DNA of 64,000 nucleotides from the human T2T-CHM13v2.0 reference genome, Homo sapiens (GCF_009914755.1 NC_060928.1); one strand, 5' to 3'. Shown: positions 1-22,417, numbered from the stretch's first letter. Translations and numbers: made by a program. The notes: generated by a model from the sequence alone, not told the origin.

Positions 1-391
1 GAAGAGACCAGTGTCCTGAAGCAGAGCACCATCCCTTGCTCTACCACCCAGAGGGAGAGAAGAGTCCAGCCTCAGTTCCCAGTAGGGCTTCTTAGCTCTG
101 CATATCTTTCAGCATCTTCTATTAGACAAAGACTGGTAGCCATGGTATCAACAACTTTATTTGTCTGTCTACTTAGAAAGCAAACTATGTAAACCTAATC
201 ATTGTAGCTCTGTTGGTTAAACAGTGATATGAATATGATATTATTCATAAAACTGAAAAAATGTTAATACATGAGTACAATTTTTTAGCTTTAATCTATA
301 CCTGATTTTCCCCTTGAAAAATAAATATAATTTGTTTCAGTGGTTAATTGTTATAAACAACCCTGTAACCATTTGTTTGTTCATTTATTCA

Positions 392-723
<332 letters not shown>

Positions 724-1891
724 GCAGTGATTTATTCTTCCATTCAACAAGACATTAGTATTTTCAAGTAAAACATTTTTAAAAAAAACACAAACACAGG
801 CATGTTAAATGTTATCTAGCATCATGGGCAGAGTTCTACTTAACACTTGTTTAAAAAAGTTCTAGTTGTTAAGTAGAACCCTGCCCATCATGCTAGATAA
901 CCAGGGAATAAAAATGCAGAAACCTCAGCCCCTGGCAGTTCAGGAAATATACAGCTTTGCTGAGAACAGAAAAATAATATCCAGGGAAGGAACTACAGCT
1001 TATAATCAAGTCTGGACTGGGATTTTTCTTGTTAAAGGCTATTCAAACACTGGGCATATTATATATATATATATACGTATATATATATATGAAGACTCCA
1101 TTAAAATAAATGAAGTAGCTGCCCATGAGGAGGAAAAAAGGAGAGCTGGTGGGTTGAACTTGAGGAACAGACCTCTTCAAACTCACCTCTAACGTGCTTA
1201 TCTCACTTACTGAAAATTCTCAGCCATTTTAATGTTTCATCCCTCAAATGTCTCTGCTCCAGGAATCTTGCTTTCCCCTCTTCTGGCTGAAACATAAGCC
1301 GCTTAGGGCTAAGATCTTACTGAATAAAATTAGGTGTGCGCAGGAGAGGGCTGACTAAATAATTTCTAAAATGATCTGAAATTCACAAATAACTATCATT
1401 TATTTCAGCACAAACGATTATGCCAGATAGTTGGCACTCATTGTCTCACTTAATTCTTATAACAACTGTGAGAGATACACACTCTTATTATGTCCATTTT
1501 TCAGATCAAGAAACAAGACATGGAGAGTTCAATGTCAAGCCAAATTTCCAAAGAATTGGCAGAATCCAGGACTGTCAGAGTGTAAACCTGTGTTCTTAGC
1601 ACCTATGTGTTTAGCTCATGTGCTATCCTCTCAAAACCTTCTTCCACCTATCTCTCTCTCACACAGCATTGTTAGCCCCTTTGTCACACTTACCCATTCT
1701 CCTTGTTCTATAACATTTATAGAAATGTCTTTCCAAAATATGAATTCCTTAGAAGAGGAACTATATTTTGACCGTCTTTATAACACTCTCTGCTTAGAAC
1801 ACAGGACCCGGCACACAGTAGGTGCTCATATGTTTAGGTAATTAACTATACCAGTCACGAAAAACTTATCATTTTAATTAAAAGTGTATAG

Positions 1892-2140
<249 letters not shown>

Positions 2141-2410
2141 TAGTTCTGTTCCTCTGGAGCCTGAAGTTTAGGAGACAAGACTGACACATAAGCAAATTAC
2201 TTGGCCACAAAGCTGACTGTGATAAGGGGTAATACCCCGGGGACATAAATGTAGCATTTCATTGAATTAGATCCCATCCACTGGAAGATACATAATTATT
2301 CTAAGCATTACTAAGAAATAAAAGTTGATGCTAATTAAACTATGCTCACTATTGATTAGAAGATGCATCTTTATTGCAGAGATGTTAAAATGTTTTAAAA
2401 AGATGCCTCT

Positions 2411-2755
2411 TGAATGAAGTACTACTAATACATGCTACAATATTGATAAATCTTGAAAACATTATGCTAAATGAAAGAAGCCAGACAAAAATGGTCACAT
2501 ATAGTCTGATTCTGTTTGTATGAAGTATCCCGAATAGGCAAATCTATAGAGACAGAAAGTAGATGAGTGGTTGTTAGGGCTAGGGAAGATGGAGGAACTA
2601 GTGGGTGACAGCTAAAGGGCACGAGATTTCTTTTTAGGGTGATGAAAATATTCTAGAATTGATTGTGGGAATTGTTGCACAACTCTGTGACTTCTACCAT
2701 TACATTGTGCACATTAAATAGGTGAATTTTATAATATGTGAATAGTAGCTCAATA
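2411..2755 (+). mobile_element. Old L1 (L1MB/MC-like) 3' end fragment
   Basis: CTTGAAAACATTATGCTAAATGAAAGAAGCCAGAC...ATAGGCAAATCTATAGAGACAGAAAGTAGA typical of L1M 3' ends. Confidence 0.75.
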
Positions 2756-2879
2756 CAGTAGTTCTCCCTTATCCATCCATGGTTTCACTTTCCAAGTTTT
2801 CAGTTACCCCATGGTCAACTGTGGTCTGAGTGAGCACAGCACAATAACATATTTTGAGAGAGAGACCACATTCACATAG

Positions 2880-4926
<2,047 letters not shown>

Positions 4927-7323
4927 ATTCACATAACTATTATTATAGTATATTGTTATAATTATTCTATTGTTATTAATCTCTTACTGTGCCTAGTTTA
5001 TAAGTGAAACTTTATCATAGGTATGTACATAGGTATGCATAGGATAAAAACATAATGCATATGAGGTTTAGTGCCATCTGTGGTTTCAGGCATCCACTGG
5101 GGGTCTTGGAACACATCCCCTGCAGATAAAAGGGGACTACAGTATAGCTGTAATAAGAGAACTCTGCCACTTAGAATCAAGAAAATATGAGAATACACCT
5201 TCTAGATAGCCATAAAAATAAATCAAAATAAAAAATATATAAGAATAGCGTAATGGGAGTGCGGGGGCTGGGAGAGAGACTAAGTCAGGTAGGTAGGGAT
5301 CTAGAAAGCTTTTTGGAGTGGGCACAGACACACAATATGTGCCATACAGACATAGGAAAGTGGATAGGAAAAGGGGATCTGGCAGAGGTAGCAGCTTAAG
5401 CAAAGCCCGGAGGCAAGAGAGCTGGATGATGTCTAAGCAGAAGCTGAAGGAAAGGAGCTGTGGTGGAAGGGGAGGCTGGAGAGGCAGGCTCGCACACACC
5501 GAGGAGCGCACCCATGCCAGGCTACAGGCTGCAGCTTTTCAACAGGTCAAGAAAAGCCCTGACATTTCCCCAAGTGCCAGTCTTTAAAACTTTGGCAACT
5601 CCATATACAAAGGAAATGTATTATGAAGGCTTCTTCTAGTCACAGGGCACTGTTACTGACCCAGCAGGCAGTAAAATCCCCTTTGGAACTTGAAGCCAGA
5701 TGACAAAAAGGTTAGAAAGGCAAAGGGCATTGTCACCGGAAGCACGGTGTTTAAACAGACGCTGGGAAAAACTAGGGTTTCTGACAGTGAGCCAAGAAAT
5801 TCCAAAGGTCACGTCAGCAGAGCCAGGAAGTGGAAAGAAAGAAGTCATCGCCATGCTAGGAGCCACACAGGAGGAATCAGAGTCACACTTTCTACTCCAA
5901 AGGGATTGAAAACTGAGAGTAAAATGAAATGGGGATGGGGAAGGATGCAGAGTGAGGGAAGGAAAACAACTGCCACGCCAGCCTGAGGGAGGCCAGCCTC
6001 ATTCCAGAAGGAGTTCTTGGGCTCAAAATGCTGTGGTTTGGGAGCTGAAGCCTGAATTTGCCTGCCCTGCACTAAGCAGCATGAGCCTGCTGCCAACGGG
6101 AACGGCAGGGTACATAGGAGGTAGGGACGGGGATTGGAAAGGCAGGCTCCCTGGACAACTCTCCTAAGTCCTTCAGGGAGGGAGTTGAGCCGGAGACCTT
6201 GGGCTCGCCTACTGGGCAGGGGACAAGGGCAGCCCCCTGGGTGCTCTTCTCCTGTTCTTAGGAAGAGGATTCCAGGTAGCTCTGCTAATTCATCCCAGCT
6301 CCAAAGCAGGCAGTGGATGTGTGGAGCAGTGGAAGGGCTGGAGACTGTATGGCAGCTGAGACCAACCCCTATAATCAATAGAAGAAAATGACCAGGCTCT
6401 CATCTGGGTCTCTGTTCTTTACTTATCTCTTCAGTTTCCAGTAGAGCTTTGGAAGTTTTAAGTGAGACGATCTCTCAACTTAAATGATATAAACATCGTA
6501 GTCCACTGTTATCCTTTCCAAAAATGCTGACACAGTTCCCAAGATGTACAGAGTACTGTGAACTGTGAAAGTTTGCTTCAGAGGACGTGTCCTTTCATGT
6601 AGAAGAATACTGTGCAGGCTACTCAATACAGAGCACAGTGGCAGGCCCCAAAATAAATAAAGAAATAAAGTGAGCTATTGGCGATGTGTGCTAAATTGAA
6701 TTGACGTGTTTATTTGCCTGGAGTGTAAGCCCACCCACTCCCACAAAGGGCTGGAGGCCCCTGAATTGCAGTTTGTGCCTGTTAATACTCACAGCCTTTG
6801 GAGATTCAGTACTGAGGGACGTCATGCAGTCTGGCTTTTTCCAAACAAAACCTGAAACCTTCTCCTCTGGGTCTACCCATAAAGAGCAGTTACAGGAAGA
6901 ACTGCTTGGCCAGTCCTGTGGATCTGATAAGACTCTTGTTTTCTTCCTTAGGGTTGAAGGAGGCCTGTACCCTGCCTCTTCCTGGATCCACACTCAGCTC
7001 TCCTTTTCTCAGCCCAAAGGCTGTGGCACCTGGGCACTGGGTCCAGTAGGGCAGGATGGGGCAGAGGAGACTTAGTCTGGAAGGGCTATGGGCTTTTTTT
7101 AAAGTAGTGTGACTGAAAGTGGGCATTTCCTGTCAAAATGGAACGTAGAGCTGAATGTGGGCTTGGGGAATGCCTGGGAATTCATTTGGGCTCAGCCCTA
7201 GAAGAAAAGCATAAGGACTTCCTTGCTCAGAGTTGCTGATTCTGTAAGGTCTGGGATCAGTGCAGGAAACTGCATATTGAAAAGCATCCTGGATCACACT
7301 TCTAATTAAGAATGTTGAAACAG

Positions 7324-7643
<320 letters not shown>

Positions 7644-8369
7644 AGAAGTGTTGAAACAGAAGCTGTGTGTGAGACACCATCACAGCTCCTAAAACTCACC
7701 TACCTTTATTGTCTGCAGAAGGCCCTCCTCCTGAGTAAGCTGCCTAAATCTACCACTACCTGCTATTCAACCTTAATCACATCACTTTTATGGCACCCTC
7801 CAGACACAGTCTGAAGCAATTCCAGAAGACATCAAAAGACTTGCCCACTATCCTCTTTCCAATTGCAGTGGGTTTGCTCATGCAGTTCCCTCCCCTTGTA
7901 ATGTCAACTTCTCTGTCTGTACCTATCAAAACCCTACCTGTCCTTTAAGCCTCAAGTGCCACCTCTTCTATGAAGTCTTCCTTTACCTTTTTAAACAACA
8001 GGTTCCTCTTTCCTCTGAACTTAGGTAAGTCCCATTTTCCCCCTATACTGTTTGTGATACTTACTTTGTTTTGTTCATTTATTGTGGTCATTTGTGCACA
8101 TATTTATTCTCACTGCTAGACTGAGTTCCTGGATGGTACAGGCCATACCTTACATCATCCATACTACCTGGTTTTGACATACATGGCACAACAGAAATGT
8201 ACTCTCCCTGCCCCAATATCCCTACTCGGAACTTGGAGATAAGAAAAATAAGGTTGCCTCCCAAGGAGATTTCTACTGGTTTTGCCTACCTGGATTCTGC
8301 CCACCTTCTTCTGGTAATAGCACCATTATTTTACATTAACTCTCAATCCATGTATAAAACCAGATATCA

Positions 8370-8735
8370 GACCTGGCCATGTAACCAAGATCTAGACAAT
8401 CCATGTATTTCAACTCCCTGGACTCCATTCTTAGTTTAGGGATGGGCACATAACCCAAGCCAGGCCAATGAGATTTAGCGTTAGAAGTTTTTATTGAAAT
8501 ATCAAGAAAAAGAGACTTTCAACTGGTCTTGAAACTGGGAGGATGTGTGCCTGGAACTGTAGGGCAGGAGCCACCTACTTGTCAGGAGCGAACTTGAAAA
8601 TGAAGCCAATGTGGAATAGAATAGATTGAAAGGATTAGGTCAATGGCATTGTCTGAACCCTGAGATCCAGCTGTGACAGAAACTACATATTCTGAGTTGG
8701 GTTTTCTGTTTCTTGTGGTTAAAAGAACACTGTCA
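8370..8735 (+). mobile_element. Old MaLR LTR (MLT1J/K/L-like) fragment
   Basis: GGGCACATAACCCAAGCCAGGCCAATGAGA and GATCCAGCTGTG...TTGGGTTTTCTGTTTCTTG motifs. Confidence 0.55.
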
Positions 8736-10199
8736 TCGAACACTAATAACCCCCTCCCCAAAATTTTAACCCCCTCCCCAAATTTTAATTTTAACCCCAA
8801 AATTTTAATCAGTATAATCTACACACTCAAAGGGAACGTGATAAACCATCTTCCTATCAATGCATAACAGAAGAATTTGACTCTACTCCAAACTTCTATA
8901 AAGGAAAAGCGGATATTTCTAGAGTGTTAGGACTAGAATATCATAGTAATTTAATAAATAGAAGTGTAATGAATTATATAGTGGCCTGAATAATGGTCTT
9001 TTGTGTGAACAGCCTCCTGCAGCATGAAACTCAAAGTCAGAAACTGGCAATGACCGTTTAAGCTCAGATAAGGAGAGAAAGTGTCCTCGCTTATAGACTC
9101 AAATACCTCTGGCAGGTCTATGTCTGTTACAGATCAGCCAATCACAGCTTTTTCTTATTCATATTTCAGTGTTCAACAAGCAGCTTTAAGACGATAACTT
9201 CCCCTTAAATTGGTGTCCAGGGAGAAAATATGCTTATCCCATCAATATCAAAGCTGCACAAAAGTTTGAGTTATCATTATAAACAAACACTTGACTTTCT
9301 GGATTCATACCGCGAGGCTCCATGAGCTCGGCTAATTTGAGCTTTTCCCTTGTGGTGTGAGGACAAAATCAGATGTCTGGCCCAGGAAACTGATGGTCAG
9401 ATCCTAGATGATATTGAGTTCATGCTGTGAGTCCTCTGCACACACAGGTAATAGTGTCTATAATTTATTTTAAAGTATTTTAGCATTTGCAATGTGATAT
9501 TACCTGTGTGTTTCTTAAGTTAAGCAAAAACCCTAGAACTAATCAAGAATGTCCAATGAAAGGGTAAGCAGCTTGTGTTATATCAGAAAGTGTCCTCCTC
9601 TGGAGCTGGTCTTTGAATTATCGTACCTCAACAGCAGTTTCAAATAAATATACTCAATATCAGAGATGGGGTTTTATTGGCAAACTAGTTGTGTTTTAAT
9701 GAGCACCACTGATATCAGAAATGGGCTTCCACTGGTGAAATTAACAGTATTCAAGGTACATAGAGTGGCTAGAAAAATACCATAAAAGTACTCCTTGTCC
9801 TTACATAAATAGGGTATAAAAATCCAGTGAGGCCTGAGCCTGAATCTTTAGCTTGCTCACTAATTAGTTCCATGACAAGCCATTGGTTTATGAGGGTTTC
9901 TGATCGTCTAATGCCAACTTGACATTGAAGATGAAGGGCCTACACAGAAGGGACCTTAGCAAATATTGGTAAATAAATTAGATTGTTGGTACATAAATGA
10001 ATAAATAATTTGAATGAAATTGAAAATTTGTAGAGGGATCATCATAGTGTTACTGAAGATCTTGCTGTCCACTTCCTTCAAAATTTTTCCTTACTGATCT
10101 ATTTCCCATCACTATGAACCAGTTAGTATTACTCTTTGGGTTAGGCCAAATTAAATTTCCTAAGATATAAATTCTTCAAAGGCAGAAAATACATTTTTA

Positions 10200-10717
10200 A
10201 AAATTTTAATTTAATTAATTTATTTATTTTTAGAGAGAGGATCTCCCTCTGTTGCTTAGGTTGGAGTGCAGTGGTGCGATTATAGTTCACTGCAGCCTCA
10301 AACTCTCAAACTCCTGGGGTCAACAGTCCTCCTGTCTTGGCCTCCCAAAGTTTTGGGATTACAGGCATGAGCCACCACATCTGGCCCCATACTTCTTTTT
10401 TTTAATTTTAATTTTTTTTTTTCTTTTGAGACAGAGTCTTGCTCTGTTGCCTGGGCTAGAGTACAGTGCAATCTTGGCTCACTGCAACCTCCACCTCCCG
10501 AGTTCAAGTGATTCTCCTGCCTCAGCCTTCCAAGTAGCTGGGATTACAGTTGCACACCACTACACCTGGCTAATTTTTGAATTTTTAGTAGAGACGGGGT
10601 TTCACCATGTTGTTCAGGCTGGTCTTGAACTCCTGGCCTCAGGTGATCCACCCTCTTTGGCCTCCCAACTTGCTAGGATTGCAGGCATAAGCCTAGGATT
10701 TCAGGCCCAGCCTGGCC
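10200..10717 (-). mobile_element. Two adjacent Alus (monomer-like J/FLAM 10200-10387, AluS 10395-10717)
   Basis: Reverse-complement Alu sequences, each with its own polyT. Confidence 0.85.
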
Positions 10718-10809
10718 CCATATTTCTATATACTATAAAAAAACTACCAATGCACCAAACAGGATGCGTTTCATGAGCGTGGACTGATGATTAGATGAGC
10801 CTAATAATG

Positions 10810-11025
10810 ATGATAATAATAGCTAGCCATGTTAGGCATCTGCTGAATGTCATGCACCACCCAGATGCTTTGCAAATAGCTTGGTCATTGAATCTACACA
10901 ACAACCCATTATTATTATTTTCAAGTAATTACAAGCAATTACATTACTTACCCAATGTCACATGGCTCATAAATTCCAGGGCAGGGATTTGAACTCAGCT
11001 CCGTGTAACCCCAAGCCCAGGCTCT
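10810..11025 (-). mobile_element. MIR relic
   Basis: TTACCCAATGTCACATGGCTCATAA...GGGATTTGAACTCAG core. Confidence 0.55.
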
Positions 11026-12449
11026 GGCCAATGTGGTTGTGGAATCTCTGATTACAGAATGTTCACCAGAACAGCAGGTCCAGATTCTAAAATTAATCGT
11101 TATGCTCTCTCTTAAGGAGTTACTCAAGCCTTTCCCAAATTTTACAAGGGATTTGAAATGCATGCCTACTTCTCTCCCCTTTTTGGAGAGTTCCAGGTTT
11201 CTCAAGAAAAGCAGGATTCATAGACTCTGCTGGGACACCTGTCAGTGGGACCTTTACATGAGCCCTGGGGATCCCAAGGCACAGAGAAAAGGACTACTGA
11301 CCTCTTAGAGAAGACCCAGTCTTGCCTCAGACACTGATGGCTATTTGGTTTTGAAAACCTTTTTTCCCTGGATTCCTGGGAACTGATTTGGAAAATAATA
11401 CCATGCTTTCTGAAGGGCATCACATAGGAAACAGATGCTCAAAGTCAGCTTGGGTTCATGTTCTTTTGTGGTAGATAATTTCTTGGCTCACCTCTTTGCC
11501 TGAGGCATTGCTACCCAGTTGATGCTTGGTGGGGACTGAGTCCCAATGAAACAACTGAGGACAAGAGACCTTCTGAGCAGGGAACTTGGAGGAGACAACA
11601 TCTGGCTTCCCAGGCAGCAGGCAGAAGCCCTTGGGAGAAGCCAGCCTTGGTCAGTGGGTGGTGTCATTGGCTGCCAGTCTTGGCTGGCTGAGAGCCCAAT
11701 CCTTGTACCAAGGCTTTCAGCATGATGGATGGTGGCAGGCTGGTGGGGCCACTGCACAGTGGTGACCAGAGGGAGTGCGTGGCATGGCTCTGACTCAGGG
11801 GGCCCATGGGAGGAAGGAAACTGGATGGCCAAGAAACTTCTGGTGTTTCAGAACCTAGGATGAGAAACTCTGTTCCTCGTCAATTGGAAACCATAGAAGA
11901 TAAACTGCATTTCCCCCAATCTGCTAACTGACCCAGGAGTGCCCTTTTTCCAAGAGTTACTTTTGGCTGCCCTTTGACCACTGAACACATAAGTCTTTCA
12001 GCATACCATGAGGTCAACCTTTTAACTCTCTTTCAGGATCGTGTGGGGAAGTGAATAATGTCAGGGGCTAGGAGGTTGTGGCAAAGGGGAGTATGTTTCA
12101 TCAGGGCTTTTCTCTTTTTGAAGTTGATTGATTTTCTATGTTGAATTTAAACAAACCACCAATAGACTTTTGAACTATATGTATGAACTTTCTAGCTATA
12201 TCCATTAATAGCCTATCTTATTGACCAAGAAAAGTTCTAGCATTGCCCCAAGATCTTCAACTCTCTGGTCTCACTCCGTCACCCAGACTGGAGTGCAGTG
12301 GTGCAATCATAGCTCACTGCATCCTCGAACTCCTTGGCCTCAAGTGGTCCTCTGGCCTCAGCCTCCCAAGTAGCATCAACTTTCTTTCATTTGAGCCATG
12401 AGAACCAATTGTAAGTCTCAACCCAGAAAAATCATATAAGATTTAAGAA

Positions 12450-12660
12450 ACGATAAAAGCTAACCCTTACATAGTGTCAGGCATGGATCTTAACAAAATA
12501 ATTTAATCTTCACAAAAACCCTATTATCCTGATATTACAGAGGAAGAAACTGAGGCACAGAAAAGTTAAGGAATTTGGTCAATCTCACACAGCTAGTGGG
12601 TGAAGGAGCACATATTCCAACCCTAGCAGCCTGACTCCAGAGCCCAGGATCTGAGACATT
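12450..12660 (-). mobile_element. MIR relic
   Basis: TTACAGAGGAAGAAACTGAGGCACAGAAAAGTTAAG core. Confidence 0.65.
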
Positions 12661-12679
12661 CTGCTCCATTTCTTGCTAT

Positions 12680-18360
<5,681 letters not shown>

Positions 18361-18811
18361 CAGAGTCAGACTGAAGTTTTATTAAATTTTTTTGAGCCTT
18401 TATCTCTATTAGATACAATGTTAAAAGCTTTATTTGCATTGTTTTATCTAAACTTCATATAAACCCCACAAATTTGCAGTACTTTTTTTCTTATTATAGA
18501 CACATAAACTGAGAGTTATGAAGGTTAAGAAACTTGCCTCAAGTCACAGAGCTGGTAAGTCATGAGCCAGGAGCCAGACCTATCTGATTCTTCCCCTTCG
18601 TTAAAAAGATTACCTTCCCATTTAATATTCAACGATTATTTTTGCTGATTATAAAAGTAATGCATGATTATTAAATAAATCTTTGAAAATATAAAGATTT
18701 ATAAAAAGAAAATCTAAAATTCCCATAGTTGCACTACCCAGGGATAGACACTGCTAACATATCTTTCTATTCAAATTATATATACATATATATGTCTCAT
18801 ATATACACATA

Positions 18812-19607
18812 TGTGAAGGCTAATACTGAGCGTCAACTTGATTGGAATGAAGGGTGCAAAATATTGATCTTGGGTGTGTCCATGAGGGTACTGCTAAAGG
18901 AGATTAACATTTGTGTCAGTGGGCTGGGAAAGGCAGACCCACCCTTAACCTGGATGGGCACCATCTAATCAGCTGTCAGTGAGGCCAGAATATAAAGTAG
19001 GCAGAAAAATGTGAAAAGGCTAAACTGGCTTAGCCTCTCAGCCTACATCTTTCTCCCGTGCTGGATGCTTCCTACCCTTGAACATCAGACTCCAAGTTCT
19101 TCAGCTTTGGAAAGGCTCAGACTGGCTTCCTTGCTCCTCAACTTGCAGACAGCCTGTTGTGGGACCTTGTGATCGTGTTAGTTAATACTACTTAATAAAC
19201 TTCCATATATATATATCTATAGATATCGATATCGATATCTATATCTATATCTATACCAAGTCACAGAGCTGGTAAGTCATGAGCCAGGAGCCAGACCTAT
19301 CTGATTCTTCCCCTTTGTTAAAAAGATTACCTTCCCATTTAATATTCAATGATTATTTTTGCTGATTATAAAAGTAATGCATGATTATATCTATATATAA
19401 TATATATAGATATATATCTATATATAATATATATAGATATATATCTATATATAATATATATAGATATATATCTATAGATATATATATCTATAGATATCTA
19501 TAGATATATATAGATATCTATAGATATATATATCTATAGATATCTATAGATATATAGATATATAGATATCCCATTAGTTCTGTCCCTCTAGAGAACCCTA
19601 ATAAACC
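18812..19607 (+). mobile_element. MLT2A-type (ERVL) solo LTR with expanded AT tract and captured 132-bp insert
   Basis: Starts TGTGAAGGCTAATACTGAGCGTCAACTTGATTGG, ends TTAGTTCTGTCCCTCTAGAGAACCCTAATA. Confidence 0.85.
19205..19570. repeat. Palindromic AT-rich repeat (TATA/GATATC/TCTATAGA units)
   Basis: Directly visible; interrupted at 19257-19388. Confidence 0.9.
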
Positions 19608-21231
19608 ATATAAGCAACATAAAGATATTATTACATATGTGCGAATATATATGTATGAGTGTATATATGTGTGTGTCAGAGTTTTTTATCTGTATTACAA
19701 AGTTAGGATCCTATGGAATTCTATCATACATTTATCCATACTGTTTTATAACCTGCATTTACCACTTAATAAAGCCTTATAAACATTTGCCTTATAAAAT
19801 TTTCCGTTAGATATAAACATTCTTTGAGAACAAGAGTTTTTTAGTTTTTATGGCGGAAAATTTCAACCATACTACAAGGAAAGAGAATATCATAATGAAC
19901 CTTCATGCATTCATTACTTAAAAATTATTAACATTTTCTAATCTTTGAATATAATTTTTAATGGTTGTCTCATATTTTCATGCATAGATGTAGCACTGAT
20001 AATTTAACCAATTCTGCATTGATGAACATTTGCATTGTCTTTTGTTATTGTGAATAACCCTGTAAAAAGCTCTTTCTGAATAAGTCCTTGTGCAAATACA
20101 AAATTATATCCTCAGGATAAATTCCTGGAAACAGAATTACCTGATTAAAGAGGATGAACATTTTAAGGCTTTTGATACATGTTGCCAAAACGCTCACTAG
20201 CAAGTTTGTATCAATTTGCTTTATCTCCTCCCATGACAGTGTAGGAGAGTGCCATTTTACCACACTCCCAAACAACTGAGGATTATTCTTCAAACATGTG
20301 TTTGCCTATTGGACAGTCTGAATGATACACTGGCATTCTTCCTCCACCACCAGCACCTTCATGCCTCAAATTAGCTACAGAGAGACTGGCTCTCATAGCA
20401 ATAAGGTTTACTGGGGGCTGAAAGTCAAAATGAGACTAGAGAACACATTCTTTGTTCTACACACATCCCCTATCAAAATACACACTACCACCTATCCCAA
20501 ACATGTGGGCCTGGGATCTGGCATCTCTCTCTCCTTAGAAAAGCCAGAATCCTTTATTGTGGCAACAATAGGGAGCAGCTGATCAGCCACAGGTCCTGGC
20601 AAAGGTGGCACCAGCCACCTCTCTGGGACTAGACCAAAGCACTGAGTTCTGGCTAATGCTATGCCAGGAAGGCATGTGCCTTTCCGTTTTCTCGGCCTGC
20701 ATGCAGACTTGCAAATACTGTCTCCAGAAGTTGGCTCCAAAACAGCTAACAAACGTGTAACTGGGCAGAAAGAAGTTCAGGGCACAGGATGGCTTATGAG
20801 AGAACAATTCTGAGAGAACTGAGATGCCTCTCAAGTCATTTCACTCCCTCCTCTACTCCCCAAGCCTTGACAATCAAGAGGAAGATCTGTAAGGATGCCA
20901 AGAATAGTCCTAGCCTTGAAAACTGGGGTCTGGATAATAAAGCGATAGGGAAGACTGCAGGAACCTTGTCTAAAGCATGGGGCTGGAGCATCTGAATTTC
21001 AATACATGAGCTTACATTACTCACTAGAAAGTAAGCTTCATAAGCACAGAATTTTTTTCTTTTTTGTGTATGGATTTATCCCACAGGTAAAAAAAAAAAA
21101 TGCCTGACACATTGCAGGCATTCTATAAATATTTGGATTAATTAACCTTCTGAATTTATTCATTGAATGGAAAGGACGAATTAGGAAAACCATATACTCA
21201 ACACTTACGTATTAGATACTTAATATATGTA

Positions 21232-21785
21232 CAGTAGTCCCCCTTATCCACCAGGCTTACGTTCCAACCTCCCCCCCGTGGATATCCAAAACCATGGATA
21301 GTTCTGAACCCTATATATACTATGTTTATTCCTATACATACATATGTATAATCAAGTTTAAGTTATAAATTAGGCATAGTAAGAGATTAACAACAATAAC
21401 TAATAATAGAAGAGAACAATTATAATAATATGTCAACATCACTACTCTTATGCTTTGGAGCCATTATTAAATAAAATAATGGTAACTTGAGCACAAGCAC
21501 TGCGATACCTTGGCAGTCAATCTGATAACCGAGATGGCTAGTGACTAACAGGTGGGTAGCATCTATATCCTCGATACGCTGGACAAAGGGCTGATGCACA
21601 TCCCTGACAGGATGGAGATGGAGCTGGACAGCAAAGCTTTCATCACACTACTCAGAACAGTGAGCAATTTAAAACATAGGGATTGTTTATTTCTCTTCCT
21701 TTCCATTTAATATTTGCAGACCACTGTTGATCACAGGTAACTGAAAGCACAAAAAAGGAAAACGGTGGTTAGGAGGGCACTACTG
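21232..21785 (-). mobile_element. MER44B-like (Tigger7) DNA transposon
   Basis: TIR CAGTAGTCCCCCTTATCC...ACTACTG, about 550 bp, internal sequence complementary to the MER44 at 2756-5142. Confidence 0.75.
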
Positions 21786-21989
21786 TGTATCACTGGACTA
21801 GGAGCTAAGCATAGGCTCAAGGAATGATTAAAAAAAAACTTTCCTTCTGGAGAAGATGATATGTGCACAATAAAAACTTAAGTCTTTATTAGGTTTTGGA
21901 GCATTGGTGTAGACAGCAGGAACTCTGTCTCAGCTGATGAGGGAAGGTATTGGAAAGGAGGTGAATTTGGGTCCAGGTCTTGAATGGTG

Positions 21990-22417
21990 TTGATGGTGTT
22001 CCCTAGGGCTGCAATAACAAATTACTACAAACTGACTGGCTTAAGACAACAGGAATTTATTTCTCTCACAGTTCTGGAGCCACAAGTGTCAAGGAGAGCC
22101 ACACTCCCTCCAAAGTCTCTAGAGGAGAATCCTTTCTTCCCTCTTCTAGATTTTGGTGGCTGCTGGCATTCCTTGGCTTGTGGCAGCATAACTCCAATCT
22201 CTGTCTCTGTCTTCCAACGACCTTCTTCCCTATGTCTCTCTGTGTCAGGACACTCTCATTGGGCTTAGGGCCCACCCTAATCCAGTGTGATCCCATTTTG
22301 AGCCTTATCTTAAATTACATCTGCAAAGACCCTGTTTCCAAACAAGGTCATATCTTGAAGTTCCAGGACATGAGACTATGACACAAATTTTTGGATGACA
22401 CTTTTCAACCCACCACA
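21990..22417 (-). mobile_element. MLT1C/D-like MaLR solo LTR
   Basis: CTAGGGCTGCAATAACAAATTACTACAAACTG...GGCTTAAGACAACAGGAATTTATT. Confidence 0.75.

Noticed and set aside
5137-7126. Cluster of overlapping 70-177 aa ORFs
   Set aside because: No recognisable domain; expected in GC-richer sequence on both strands.
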